NCBI GenBank assembly: GCA_963806855.1
Contig: CAWDYW010000003.1
Coordinates: forward strand, 416,001-480,000
From: an uncultured Verrucomicrobiae bacterium
Lineage (GTDB): Bacteria; Chlamydiota; Chlamydiia; Chlamydiales; Rhabdochlamydiaceae
Direction: 5' to 3'
DNA length: 64,000 nt
The position numbers and the translations under genes are program-made. The notes below the pieces were generated by a model. The model searched no databases. It was not told where the DNA came from and saw only the letters and a list, made by a program, of their open reading frames with translations. Within the stretch, counting starts at the first letter, position 1. Each line of letters starts with the position of its first letter. Positions 19,654 through 29,926 of the stretch are shown here, in pieces.

Positions 19654-20985
19654 CTAACTCTCGATGTTGCGCCGGGCCATTTGGATCTGGCGCCTTAGCA
19701 TCTCATCTTTGCCGATCTGGTTCGATATCTTCTTCCATGCATGCAGCAGAGTCGAATGGGTCTTACCCCCAAATGAGGCGGCCAATTTCATCAGCGAGTC
19801 GTTGATCAATTCTTTGGCCAGATACATCGCAACTTGGCGAGGAAGGGCGATATTTTTGGCGCGCGAGCTGCCACACAAATCGCTGACCCGCACCCCAAAC
19901 ATGATTGCGACGCTCTTGAGGATGTTGTCCATCGAGACCCGCTTATTTGGCGCTTTTTGAAAGAGTTCGCTGAGAGTATTCTCGACAATCTCTTCAGTGA
20001 CATCGAGCCCCATCATCTGAGAGAAGGCGGCCAAGCGGTTGAGCGCCCCCTCGAGTTGACGGACGTTGTTGAAGATCCTCTCGGCGATGAAAAAGGCTAC
20101 TTTATGGGAGATCTTGATCCCTTTTTGCTCGGCCTTGTGCTGCAGAATGGCGACGCGGGTCTCGAGATCGGGGATTCCCACATGGGCAACCAGGCCCCAT
20201 TCCATGCGGGCGATCATCCGCTCGGATAGCTTGAGTTCGCCTGGAGGCTTGTCGCTGGTGATGACGATTTGCTTATTTTGATTGATCAGCGCTTCGAACA
20301 TGTTGCAAAACTCCTCCTCGAAATTGAGGCGGCTTTGCAAAAACTGGATATCGTCGACCAAAAGGACATCGAGTGTGCGATAAAACCGTTTCATCTTTTC
20401 GGTCGATTTGTTGCGCAGAGCGTCGACGAGATCATTGATGAACGACTCGGTAGTGATGCAGTGAATTTTAAGCCGTTTGTGGTGCTGCTTTACGTAGTGG
20501 CCAATCGCATGGAGCAAGTGGGTTTTTCCTAAGCCCACGCCCCCGTGGATGAAGAGGGGATTGTACGATTTTCCGGGGCGCAGGCCGATGCCGAGTGCGG
20601 CCGATTTGACAAACTGATTCGATGTTCCTTCGATGAAGTGTTCAAATGTGTAGAGCGGATTGAGTGAGTACTCTTGTTTTTCGGAAACAATCGGCTGTTC
20701 TACAGGTTTGGATGGAGCGGCTTGCTTTTTGGGGGCGGCGAGGACAAAAGAGAGGGCGAGCCCCCCGTTTGCTTTGGTGGGAAGGAAGTTGTCCAGATGC
20801 TTCTTAAAGTTCTGCAGGAGATATTCCTGGACAAAGATATTGGGCACTTCGAGTACAAGTTCGCTATCTGAACTGGGATCGACTTTAATAGGCGCGATCC
20901 AATTTTGGAATTCGGTTGCAGTGCAGCACTCTTCGACAAAATGGATGAAATCTTCCCAGCACTCTTTGGGAGTCTTGGTTAACAT
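19654..20985 (-). CDS. dnaA: Chromosomal replication initiator DnaA (chlamydial dnaA2 type)
   Basis: [50 protein letters not shown]. Confidence 0.97.
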   Translation of the reverse strand: MLTKTPKECWEDFIHFVEECCTATEFQNWIAPIKVDPSSDSELVLEVPNIFVQEYLLQNFKKHLDNFLPTKANGGLALSFVLAAPKKQAAPSKPVEQPIVSEKQEYSLNPLYTFEHFIEGTSNQFVKSAALGIGLRPGKSYNPLFIHGGVGLGKTHLLHAIGHYVKQHHKRLKIHCITTESFINDLVDALRNKSTEKMKRFYRTLDVLLVDDIQFLQSRLNFEEEFCNMFEALINQNKQIVITSDKPPGELKLSERMIARMEWGLVAHVGIPDLETRVAILQHKAEQKGIKISHKVAFFIAERIFNNVRQLEGALNRLAAFSQMMGLDVTEEIVENTLSELFQKAPNKRVSMDNILKSVAIMFGVRVSDLCGSSRAKNIALPRQVAMYLAKELINDSLMKLAASFGGKTHSTLLHAWKKISNQIGKDEMLRRQIQMARRNIES

Positions 20986-21037
20986 CGGGTACCCTTAACG
21001 TTGTTCAATTTATCGTAAGGATACAGCGCCATACAAC

Positions 21038-21046
21038 TTATACACA
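21038..21046 (+). promoter_or_regulatory. DnaA box upstream of dnaA
   Basis: TTATACACA matches TTATNCACA, ~50 bp upstream of the dnaA start. Confidence 0.55.
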
Positions 21047-21068
21047 AGTTCATTCAAAGAGGCTCACC

Positions 21069-21101
21069 ACTTCTCAAAAGTCCTAAGAACTTTTGAGAAG
21101 T
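21069..21101. terminator. Inverted repeat between porin gene and dnaA (terminator or REP-like)
   Basis: ACTTCTCAAAAGT-7nt-ACTTTTGAGAAGT. Confidence 0.5.
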
Positions 21102-21116
21102 TGTATCATGCATTCG

Positions 21117-22043
21117 TTAGAATTTAACAATCGCTGAGACATCGAGCCCATATAAATTCAAATCACCGTTGCAACCAATTTTGTTGTAGTCAAAAAAGGT
21201 ATGTTGTTCCCAACCTACTTGAAGCGTTAACCAACAAAATTCATAGCGCAACCCTAACCCTGCATCAAAACCTGTTAGGACGGCACAGCTTTCTGCAGAC
21301 GAAAAGCAATTACTTACAGCTGCAGTAAAGATATCGCTGTCATTAAATTTCGATTTAAATTTCCCGTACAAAAAGTTTCCCGCAAGTGTTCCATAAAGAC
21401 TAAAGCCGCATCCTATGTCTAGATCGCCTTCAAGGCCCAGCAAAGGCCCAACGCCCCAGAAATGTTCTCTATCACGTTTTGTGGATAGAGCAATGCTGCT
21501 TGCATTAGTAGCTGTGATTGTAATAGTAGATTGAAGATTTGTACGCAACTTTTGATTGATTCTTGCATAACGGACGCCCAAAAATGGTCTAAAGGTGAAG
21601 CAGTCACAATACTGTAGTTTATAGCCTAGTATTCCGTCGACCTCGTTAAATCGTAATCTCCAATGAGCCCGATTAGCCCCGGCATGACCATGGCCATGTT
21701 CATTGAAATGTGTCCAATAGAGCCCGATATCCCAGGAATTAGAACTATAGCCCGCGCCAATGCGAAACCCTAAGTCCCAATCAAAATGAATATCTTTATC
21801 ATTTTCATTGATAGTTGTAACAATTTGTCCATTAATAACGGTAGTGGTGATATTTGTTGTCCCAAAGTCGCATCCAAAGCCATCTTCACATGCTCTCCAA
21901 TACAATAAATCGGCACTTAATACCCATTCACCACAACAGGTATCACATGCTGGAGCACAGCTCTCATCGGCTGAGACACCGCTTGTTCCAACGATCAACG
22001 CAGCTCCAAAAGCTAGGTATGTTTTTCTAAAGATCTCTGACAT
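21117..22043 (-). CDS. Cys-rich MOMP-like outer-membrane beta-barrel (Lpg1974-like)
   Basis: Signal peptide; ADLLYWRA, WDLGFRIGAGY, FWGVGPLLGL, GWEQHTFFD; C-terminal Phe. Confidence 0.8.
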   Translation of the reverse strand: MSEIFRKTYLAFGAALIVGTSGVSADESCAPACDTCCGEWVLSADLLYWRACEDGFGCDFGTTNITTTVINGQIVTTINENDKDIHFDWDLGFRIGAGYSSNSWDIGLYWTHFNEHGHGHAGANRAHWRLRFNEVDGILGYKLQYCDCFTFRPFLGVRYARINQKLRTNLQSTITITATNASSIALSTKRDREHFWGVGPLLGLEGDLDIGCGFSLYGTLAGNFLYGKFKSKFNDSDIFTAAVSNCFSSAESCAVLTGFDAGLGLRYEFCWLTLQVGWEQHTFFDYNKIGCNGDLNLYGLDVSAIVKF

Positions 22044-22060
22044 CCTTTAAATTCCTTATG

Positions 22061-22825
22061 TTAATTGCTTAATTTTTGAATAAATAGTGAGGCTGCAGTT
22101 ACAGATCCAGGTGGAGAGGTCCCTATAATTGTGCTAGCACCAATATTTCTAACCGTTAAATCAATACCAGTGATCAAAGCTGATTCAAGTGTTGTCGCCG
22201 GAATTACAAAGATCGCCTCCCCAATGATATTGAGCTGACCAGCTCCTGGAGCAATCCCTGAAGAGCGATCACTCCCTGGAATCCCCATGTTAAAAGGGGC
22301 CCCTAGCCATAATTGGAACTCTGTTGGATCACTATGAGCCGCTCGTCCAACGGTCACTATATAACGAGCAAAATAGACTCCCGCTGAATGAATCTTTACT
22401 ATTGAATCTGTGCCATTATGATCGAATGTTGTCCCAGGAGCAAAGTAAATTGGATTAGTAAAGGCAGCTGGGATGTTAAACGAAATGTCTCCTCCTGGCA
22501 GTACAGCTTGGGTTGTATTAGCTGATGTATTATATACATAAGCATAATCCAAAACACCCCCGGGGAGGCCTATTGTCCCTGGAGGACCTTGTATGCCTGG
22601 CGCGCCTGGCACCCCAGCTAATCCTGGTATTCCAGCTGCTCCGGGTAATCCGGGCAGTCCAGCAACTGCGGCTGAAGTGGTTGCGCCCGTAACAATACTT
22701 TCTCCATGACAGCACCCCTCACAAGAGGCGCTTAGAGAATCATCATTTAATAACAGCATAGCAGAGGCCAGCAGTAAGCTGCTTCGTAAAACAGCATGTA
22801 ACTTAGTATATCTAATGCTCACCAT
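22061..22825 (-). CDS. Secreted collagen-like protein B
   Basis: Signal peptide, CEGCC, 11 Gly-X-Y triplets, beta-rich C-domain ending AASLFIQKLSN. Confidence 0.8.
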   Translation of the reverse strand: MVSIRYTKLHAVLRSSLLLASAMLLLNDDSLSASCEGCCHGESIVTGATTSAAVAGLPGLPGAAGIPGLAGVPGAPGIQGPPGTIGLPGGVLDYAYVYNTSANTTQAVLPGGDISFNIPAAFTNPIYFAPGTTFDHNGTDSIVKIHSAGVYFARYIVTVGRAAHSDPTEFQLWLGAPFNMGIPGSDRSSGIAPGAGQLNIIGEAIFVIPATTLESALITGIDLTVRNIGASTIIGTSPPGSVTAASLFIQKLSN

Positions 22826-22841
22826 TCAAAGATCCTCTTGG

Positions 22842-23537
22842 TTAATTGCTGCTTAATTTTTGAATAAATAGGGATGCTGCGGTTAATGCATTCCCCTCGG
22901 CCCCTATTTGTGTTGGGTTTAATGGATCTGTATTTCGAACACTTAGTGCAATTCCAATCTGTGAAGCATCCACCCTAAAGATGACTTCTCCTGCCATGTT
23001 AAGCTGGGCAGCACCTGACCCAATACCTGAAGACCGATCACTACCGGTAAGAACGTTAGGCCCTAGAAAGATTGCAAAAGTGGTGGGATCAAAATGAGCA
23101 GCAGCGACTGACACTACATAACGTGCAAGGTAAGTCCCTACAGAGTTAATCAGCACATCTCCTGATCCCGATGCATGAGAGAAGGTAGAACCTGGCGCAA
23201 ATACACCATTGGGCTCAGTCCATAAAATTTCGCTACCACCTGCGACACCTTGATTAAGGGCAAACACCATTCCGTAATCCAACAAGCCTCCTGGGAGGCC
23301 TGGCGAACCTGGAGGTCCTGCTATTCCCGGCGCTCCGGGAACGCCAGCTAATCCTGGCAATCCTGCCGCACCTGCCACACCTGGAAGTCCTGCAGTCGCA
23401 GCAGAAGATGTAGCTTCAGAAATAAGGCTTTGCCCGCGCGAGCAACCTCCGCAATTAGCCAGCAGAGCCATTTGACTGTGCAAGACGCTAATTGTCAATA
23501 ATAAACTAAAAGTGCGAAAGATCATAGATATCCTCAA
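22842..23537 (-). CDS. Secreted collagen-like protein A
   Basis: Signal peptide, CGGC, 11 Gly-X-Y triplets; paralog of the adjacent gene. Confidence 0.8.
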   Translation of the reverse strand: MRISMIFRTFSLLLTISVLHSQMALLANCGGCSRGQSLISEATSSAATAGLPGVAGAAGLPGLAGVPGAPGIAGPPGSPGLPGGLLDYGMVFALNQGVAGGSEILWTEPNGVFAPGSTFSHASGSGDVLINSVGTYLARYVVSVAAAHFDPTTFAIFLGPNVLTGSDRSSGIGSGAAQLNMAGEVIFRVDASQIGIALSVRNTDPLNPTQIGAEGNALTAASLFIQKLSSN

Positions 23538-23716
23538 TATGTCTTGTTATGTTTCTCTATAAGATTTGAGCCTGAACCGAGATGGTAGGGTGCGTCAAAT
23601 GAGAAACCGTTGTTGAAAATTTAACTATAAAGAATGCAATTTGCACAAGTTTTTTTAACCCACCTTTTTTATTAAGGATTTGTCATTTTTTTAATATACT
23701 GAATACCAAGGTGTTA

Positions 23717-23773
23717 ACATTTATTCGTACGAAAAAGTGTATGAATCTCACACTTTTTCGTACGAATAAATGT
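23717..23773. promoter_or_regulatory. Perfect 24-bp inverted repeat (putative operator) upstream of AAA ATPase
   Basis: ACATTTATTCGTACGAAAAAGTGT-9nt-ACACTTTTTCGTACGAATAAATGT. Confidence 0.65.
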
Positions 23774-23795
23774 AATTCCTGGTTAAAATCAGGGT

Positions 23796-25115
23796 ATGAA
23801 GCGGAAAATCATGGAAAGCTTACGGGCCTGGAAGCGGGGGGCTCACAGAAAGCCTTTACTCCTCATGGGAGCAAGGCAAGTAGGGAAGACATTTATCCTT
23901 AAAAAATTTGGGGAAGAGGAGTATGAAAATACTGTCTATCTCAATTTCGAAAATAACATTCCTCTATGTAAATTGTTCGAAGAAAGCTTAGATCCCAAAG
24001 TTCTCCTCAAAGTTTTGTCCATTGAAAGCAATTCTGAAATTATAGAGGGCAAAACGTTGCTCATTTTCGATGAGGTGCAAGAATGCCCCAATGCCCTCAA
24101 TAGTCTTAAGTATTTTTGCGAGGATGCTCCAGAGATCCATATCGTCGCAGCAGGATCGCTACTCGGTGTGAAACTTAAGCATGTCAAAGGATTTCCAGTA
24201 GGAAAGGTGGAATTTCTAACATTATATCCGATGAGTTTTCTTGAATTTCTTGAGGCGTTAGATCAAACAAGGCTTAAGACATATGTAGAAGAATATGGGA
24301 AAATCGAATCTCTTCCAACTCCTCTTCATGACAAATTGCTAAATCATTTCAAAGAGTACTTATTCATTGGAGGGATGCCAGAGGTAGTTTCTGAATATCT
24401 TAACTCGCAAAATCTATCAAAGGTTCGGGAGATTCAAAATGCAGTTCTGAATGCTTATGCCTTAGATTTTGCTAAGCATGCTCCAAAGGACCAGATTATG
24501 AAAATTAATCAAGTCTGGGATTCAATTCCTTCTCAACTCGCCAAAGAAAATAAGAAATTTATCTATTCGGTGATAAGGCAGGGTGCACGCGCAAGAGAAT
24601 TTGAGGTTGCTCTACAATGGCTCTTAGAGGCAGGTTTAATTCATAAGGTTTCGCTAATTAGTACCCCTAAGATTCCCCTTTCTGCTTATTCAGATCTCAA
24701 TATTTTTAAAATCTATCTAGTCGATGTGGGTCTACTTGGGGCGATGTCAAATTTAGATCCAAAAGCGATTTTGCATGAGAATGAGCTTTTCGAAGAGTTT
24801 AGAGGATCTATTACAGAAAATTATGTGGCTCAAGAGCTCATTCATAGCGAATATCGATTATTCTATTGGGCCAGTGAAGGGCGAGCCGAGCTCGATTTTG
24901 TCCTAGAACAAGATGGGTCCATTTATCCAATTGAAGTGAAATCGGGGAATTCTACAAAGAAAAAAAGCCTCAAAGTCTATGGCGATACTTATCATCCAAA
25001 AATTCTCATCAGGTGTTCTCCGATGAATTTGCGCAAAGATGGGGAAATTCTAAATTGCCCTCTCTATCTCATTGAAGAGTTGCAGTCGTTGATAAAATCA
25101 TGTGTAGGCCAGTAG
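23796..25115 (+). CDS. AAA_14 ATPase with DUF4143 / PD-(D/E)xK-like C-terminus
   Basis: GARQVGKT, FDEVQ, GGMPE, YLVDVGLL, ELDF..PIEVKSG. Confidence 0.92.
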   Translation: MKRKIMESLRAWKRGAHRKPLLLMGARQVGKTFILKKFGEEEYENTVYLNFENNIPLCKLFEESLDPKVLLKVLSIESNSEIIEGKTLLIFDEVQECPNALNSLKYFCEDAPEIHIVAAGSLLGVKLKHVKGFPVGKVEFLTLYPMSFLEFLEALDQTRLKTYVEEYGKIESLPTPLHDKLLNHFKEYLFIGGMPEVVSEYLNSQNLSKVREIQNAVLNAYALDFAKHAPKDQIMKINQVWDSIPSQLAKENKKFIYSVIRQGARAREFEVALQWLLEAGLIHKVSLISTPKIPLSAYSDLNIFKIYLVDVGLLGAMSNLDPKAILHENELFEEFRGSITENYVAQELIHSEYRLFYWASEGRAELDFVLEQDGSIYPIEVKSGNSTKKKSLKVYGDTYHPKILIRCSPMNLRKDGEILNCPLYLIEELQSLIKSCVGQ

Positions 25116-25493
25116 CAGAGCCGAAGCTTGGTCGGCGATCTCTTTATCTAGGCATTCGGTGAGCGACTGGGCCTCTTTTTCGGCTTGCTTCTTGTAGCCG
25201 AGGGCGTAGAGGGCTTTGGCCCTATTCAATCTTGTAGGCAGGTGATTGGGGTCGAGTTTCAGGGCGCGCTCGATGTAATTGAGGGCCATCAGGTTGTTGT
25301 TTTGCTGCAGATGGAGGGCGCCGAGGGTCTGCAGGTCGTAGGGCTCGCCGGGGTTGAGGACGGCGAGGGCCTCGAAGAAGGTGAGGGCGATGTCATATTT
25401 CCCTTGCTTGAGGTAGGAATAGCCGACGAAGCGAAGGTCTTCGAGCTCTTCGTTGTTCCAATCTAGGACTTCTAACCAATTGATGTCTGACAT
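25098..25493 (-). CDS. TPR protein, SycD/LcrH-like T3SS chaperone (CT274-like)
   Basis: TPR pattern GYSYLKQGKYDIALTFFEAL; chlamydial synteny with dnaA and rsmH. Confidence 0.8.
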   Translation of the reverse strand: MSDINWLEVLDWNNEELEDLRFVGYSYLKQGKYDIALTFFEALAVLNPGEPYDLQTLGALHLQQNNNLMALNYIERALKLDPNHLPTRLNRAKALYALGYKKQAEKEAQSLTECLDKEIADQASALLLAYT

Positions 25494-25497
25494 AGGG

Positions 25498-25974
25498 TTA
25501 CCCCTTCTGATATTGAGCTCTTCTCGAATTTATATCAATGAGGAGCTGATCAAAGATATGGAGATTGCTGAGTAGCTTTAAAAGAATCTGTTTCTCTTGC
25601 TCCACTTCCTCGATCTCGGTAGGGAGGGCATGTTGTCTTTTCTTCTTCTCTTCGTCGCCGATTGCTTCCACTCGTTGTACTTGGGCCTCCTGTTTGTCGG
25701 GGGTGCCCAGCTGGGGGATCACTTGCTCGGCGAAGAGGCGGCGGCGGGAGGCGGTGTAGAGGGGTGGGGCAAGGAAGGTGGCCCAGCTCGCTTTCCGCTT
25801 GCCGAGGTCAAAGAGGAGGTCGAACTCGGGCAGGTGGGAGGGGGTGGTAGTGGTGACGCTGGTTTGGGAAGTGACCGAGCGGGCGTCCCTGATGAAGGAC
25901 TCGTCGAAGAGTTCCCGGTCCTCCGCATAGCGGTTGGAGATGTCTAGCCCTAAATTGTCGATCGTACGTGCCAT
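25498..25974 (-). CDS. Conserved chlamydial protein (CT273-like)
   Basis: WATFLAPP..LF..IPQLG..INSRRAQYQKG; synteny. Confidence 0.7.
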   Translation of the reverse strand: MARTIDNLGLDISNRYAEDRELFDESFIRDARSVTSQTSVTTTTPSHLPEFDLLFDLGKRKASWATFLAPPLYTASRRRLFAEQVIPQLGTPDKQEAQVQRVEAIGDEEKKKRQHALPTEIEEVEQEKQILLKLLSNLHIFDQLLIDINSRRAQYQKG

Positions 25975-26022
25975 ATCTTCCGTTTAGATCTGGGGGTGTT
26001 TTTTATCAAGAAAATATTTGAT

Positions 26023-26128
26023 TCCCACCAATTCCCACTTTTATTTTTCATAGGGAATTTGGCCGGTTTAATCCAAAAAATGATTGCCAAGTTTGCAGTC
26101 CGTTGGTAAATTGTGGGAAATAGTGGAA
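26023..26128. promoter_or_regulatory. MraZ-type binding boxes
   Basis: TGGTA/TGGGA/TGGAA at 26104, 26114, 26124 (10-bp period), plus two inverted TCCCAC at 26023 and 26033. Confidence 0.65.
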
Positions 26129-26137
26129 ATAAAGGTC

Positions 26138-26641
26138 ATGAATCGCTTCTTTTTCAGCGGATCTCAAATCGCAAAGCTCGACGACAAGAATCGTTTCGTC
26201 CTGCCTCAGCATATGCGCTTTGGACTGGTGGAAAATGGCGTGCTCGAATTCAGCATTGCCCTTGGTCTCGGTGGTTGTTTGGCGATTTATCGTCAGAGCG
26301 ACATCGAGAAAATTGTCGCCAAGTTCCAAGCGAAGCAGCATGTGGGAAAATATCAGAAGTTCTTCACGCTGTTCTTTTCCACTTTGCACCAATTGACTTG
26401 CGATAAGATCGGCCGGGTCAATTTGCCCCCGATGCTCAAGAAAGCGGTAGGCATTAAGAGCGAGATCGTCATCGCAGGGGTACTGAATAAGATCGAGATT
26501 TGGCCAAAAGAGATCTATGAATCTCAATTGGACGAGTTGCTCAGCGAAAAAGGGCCAGATTCAGATTTAGCGAAAATGAGCGAAGAAGCGTTTGCTCTAC
26601 TTGAGGAGGGCGATGATGCACAAATCGAAATCTTCGAATGA
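26138..26641 (+). CDS. mraZ: Transcriptional regulator MraZ
   Basis: LDDKNRFVLP, CDKIGRVNLP, GVLNKIEIW. Confidence 0.93.
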   Translation: MNRFFFSGSQIAKLDDKNRFVLPQHMRFGLVENGVLEFSIALGLGGCLAIYRQSDIEKIVAKFQAKQHVGKYQKFFTLFFSTLHQLTCDKIGRVNLPPMLKKAVGIKSEIVIAGVLNKIEIWPKEIYESQLDELLSEKGPDSDLAKMSEEAFALLEEGDDAQIEIFE

Positions 26642-27568
26642 AAGACGGCCCCACACTTCGATCATGGTCGATGAGGTGTTGAAGGGCTTAGAAGGTGCAA
26701 ATTTAAAGGTGTTTTACGAGGGGACTTTAGGCGCTGGCGGCCATGCTGCGGCGATTTTAGAGGCCCATCCGGAGATCGAGCGGTATATCGGATGCGATAA
26801 GGATCCTGAGGCACTGGCGATCGCTGCAAAGACTCTCGAGAAGTGGAAGAGCAAAGTCGAGTTTGTACAGGGCAATTTTGCCGACCTCGACGAGCATCTT
26901 GCTGAAAGAGGGATTAAAGAAGTTGACGGTTTTTTTTTGATTTGGGGGTTTCATCTATGCAATTAGATCAGGGTGAAAAAGGTTTTAGTTTTAGCAAAGA
27001 TGGTCCTTTGGATATGCGAATGGATCCCCATGAATCGCTCACTGCGCGAGAGATTATCAATAATTGGTCTGAGGAGCAGCTGGGAGAGATTTTCCGAGAG
27101 TTTGGTGAAGAGCCCAGATGGCGCAGAGCGGCCAAGATGATTGTAGAAGAGCGTGAGAAAAATGCGATCGAAACGACAAAACAACTAGCGGACTTAATCG
27201 CCAATAGTTTAGGAAGAGGATTTAAGGTGAAGCTCCATCCTGCGACGCTGATTTTTCAAGCGCTGCGCATTTGTGTGAACCGGGAACTCGAGTCGATCCT
27301 AAAGGCGCTGCCAAAGGCTTTAGAATTCTTGAGCTTTGGTGGAAGAATTGGGGTGATGAGCTTTCATCGATTGGAAGACCGAATTGTGAAGACGATTTTT
27401 AAGGAAGCGGCTGCTGTGCCTGCTCAAAACAAATATAAAGAATATATCCACAAGCCTTTTTTGAGGCTTTTGGACAAGAAACCGAAAACTGCTAACGATG
27501 CCGAAGTGCGCGAAAATCCTCGTTCACGGAGTGCGAAATTGCGATTTGCCGAAAGGATAGGAACATGA
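26613..27568 (+). CDS. rsmH: 16S rRNA m4C1402 methyltransferase RsmH, split by a -1 frameshift at T9 (26930-26938)
   Basis: HTSIM..GTLGAGGHA in first frame; DLGVSSMQLD..LDMRM..FHRLED..NPRSRSAKLR in second frame. Confidence 0.9.
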
Positions 27569-27936
27569 ACAAGGGTTTTTTTATCAAAAGTACAATCTGC
27601 ATCCTCTTCTTAGGGGTCTGCTTGTACTCGTATTTAGACTTGCAAAATGGATTGACTGAGCTTAGAATTAGGATCCCTCATTTGGCAAGTGAAGTGAGAA
27701 AGGTGGAAGAGGAGAATACCCATCTTCTTTTTGACATCGAGGCTTTCGAGAGCCCTGAGAATCTTCTTAGGTTAGCCAAGCGCCCCGAGTTTGCCCATCT
27801 GAGGTTTCCAATCGGGAGCGATGTTCTGACTCTTAGACAAGGTGCCCCTTTGCAAGAAGTGGTACAGAGAACAATACCTGATTTAAGATTGAAACCTACG
27901 ATCACATTGGCAACTGGTGCTAAAAACTTACAATAA
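27565..27936 (+). CDS. ftsL: FtsL-like cell division protein (CT271-like)
   Basis: TM plus coiled coil; lies between rsmH and pbp3. Confidence 0.7.
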   Translation: MNKGFFIKSTICILFLGVCLYSYLDLQNGLTELRIRIPHLASEVRKVEEENTHLLFDIEAFESPENLLRLAKRPEFAHLRFPIGSDVLTLRQGAPLQEVVQRTIPDLRLKPTITLATGAKNLQ

Positions 27937-29926
27937 ACCGACTTTTTCCATTGAAAAACGGCTGATTGGCGTCGCACTATTTCTTCTTTTCCTGTTTACC
28001 TTGCTGGTGATCCAATTTTTCCGGATCCAGATTGTCCAACATGAAAAGTGGGATGCCCAAGCTCATGTCCAACACACGACGGTGGTCAAAGAGCCGTTTA
28101 AACGGGGAGTCTTCTACTCGAATACTTCGATTAAGACCGGTCACCCTTCTCCTCCACAGCCGCTTGTGATCGATGTGCCGAAGTTCCATCTCTACATCGA
28201 TCCGAAGAGCATCCCCGAAAAATTTCGGAGTGAAATCGCCGCCCAATTTCAAAATTTCTTGAAGTTAAGCTCGCAGGAGCAGCAGAAGATGCGCGAGCAA
28301 TTTGAAAAGCCGTCCCATAGCCGAAAAGTGGCGATGTGGCTGAGCGGAGAACTGAAAGAGGGGATCGAGGCCTGGTGGCGCCCCTATGCAAAAAAGGGAA
28401 AAATCCCCCGCAACGCCATTTTCTTTGTGAAGGATTACCAACGCTCTTATCCCTATGGGAAACTGCTCGGTCAAGTGATCCATACTGTGCGGGAGCTGCG
28501 CGATGAGGCGACCGATCAACTGATCCCTACCGGGGGGCTCGAGCATGTCTTCAATCAATACTTGCAGGGGAAGCCAGGTAAACGGCTCATCTACCGCTCA
28601 CCGCGCCATGCGATGGATATGGGGCAGGTGGTCGATCCTCCTGAGGATGGAGCCGATGTCTATCTGACGATCAACCATTACTTGCAGACGATAGCTGAAG
28701 AGGAGATCGAGCGGCAGGTCAAGATGACCGAATCCAAGCGGGGCTGGGCCCTGATGATGGACCCGGTGACGGGCGAGCTGCTGGCAGTTGCCCAGTACCC
28801 CTTTTTCTCGCCAAAAGATTATCGAGACTATTATAACTCGGCCAGCCTGCTAGAAGAGACTCAGCTCAAGGCGGTCACCGATCCCTATGAGCCGGGCTCG
28901 ACCATGAAAGCGGTCACCTGTGCCATTGGGCTCATGGCTAACGAGGAGATGAAAAAACGGGGAAAACCACCCCTTTTCGACCCCGAAGAAAAAATGAATG
29001 TCCTTCCAGCTCATTTGCCTGGAAGGAAAAAGGTGCTGAAGGATATCAACACCCACCGCTACATGAACATGAATATGGCGCTGCAAAAGTCATCGAATGT
29101 CTATGTGGGAAAAGTGGTCCAGAAGGTGATCGCCGAGCTTGGGGACAAGTGGTACCGGGATACCCTCCATGATGTATTTGGATTTGGGGTAAAGACAGGG
29201 ATTGAGCTGCCCGGCGAAAGTTGCCCCTCCTTGCCCTGCCCAGGAAAGCTCCATCCGAATGGGAAGCTCGAATGGTCGGCCCCGACCCCCTACTCGATGG
29301 CGATGGGGCACAATATCTGTGTCAATAGCTTCCAAATGCTCAGGGTATTTGCCATTTTTGCCAATGGGGGCTATGATGTGAAGCCGACTCTGGTGCGCAA
29401 AATCAGCAGGCAGCTGCCCAATGGGACTGAAAAAATTCTATATGAGCATTCTATAGGCAACAGAAAACGGCTCCTCGATTCAGAAATTGTCAAAAAAGTG
29501 ATCTATGGGATGAGGTTCACCGCAATGCCAGGAGGTTCAGCTGCGAAGGGGAATATCCCAGGGTATACAGAAGCGGGGAAAACAGGGACTTCAGAAAAGA
29601 TCATCGACGGTAAATATTCAAAGAAGGACCATATTTCGACATACCTCGGATTTGCCCCAGCTGACAACCCCCGTTTTGTGCTGCTGATTGTCATCGATGA
29701 GCCGCCCTTCAAGTATATCCCCGGTATTGGGTCGAATCAATATGGGGGAAATTGTGCGGCTCCAGCATTCTCTCGCATTGGGAAACGGGCATTGGAATAT
29801 TTGGGGGTTGAGCCCGATGACCCTTATGGCCATCCAGTCGGCGATCCGCGGCGCGATGCGAAAAAAATGAAGTGGGTGCCAGAGGTAGAGGCATTAAAAA
29901 TTAAATATGATCAGTGGAACCATTGA
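27917..29926 (+). CDS. ftsI: Penicillin-binding protein 3
   Basis: EPGSTMK, SSN, KTGT motifs. Confidence 0.93.
   Translation: MLKTYNKPTFSIEKRLIGVALFLLFLFTLLVIQFFRIQIVQHEKWDAQAHVQHTTVVKEPFKRGVFYSNTSIKTGHPSPPQPLVIDVPKFHLYIDPKSIPEKFRSEIAAQFQNFLKLSSQEQQKMREQFEKPSHSRKVAMWLSGELKEGIEAWWRPYAKKGKIPRNAIFFVKDYQRSYPYGKLLGQVIHTVRELRDEATDQLIPTGGLEHVFNQYLQGKPGKRLIYRSPRHAMDMGQVVDPPEDGADVYLTINHYLQTIAEEEIERQVKMTESKRGWALMMDPVTGELLAVAQYPFFSPKDYRDYYNSASLLEETQLKAVTDPYEPGSTMKAVTCAIGLMANEEMKKRGKPPLFDPEEKMNVLPAHLPGRKKVLKDINTHRYMNMNMALQKSSNVYVGKVVQKVIAELGDKWYRDTLHDVFGFGVKTGIELPGESCPSLPCPGKLHPNGKLEWSAPTPYSMAMGHNICVNSFQMLRVFAIFANGGYDVKPTLVRKISRQLPNGTEKILYEHSIGNRKRLLDSEIVKKVIYGMRFTAMPGGSAAKGNIPGYTEAGKTGTSEKIIDGKYSKKDHISTYLGFAPADNPRFVLLIVIDEPPFKYIPGIGSNQYGGNCAAPAFSRIGKRALEYLGVEPDDPYGHPVGDPRRDAKKMKWVPEVEALKIKYDQWNH

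Noticed and set aside
20986..21116. oriC next to dnaA
   Set aside because: Only one clear DnaA box, no dnaN, no evident unwinding element; more likely autoregulation
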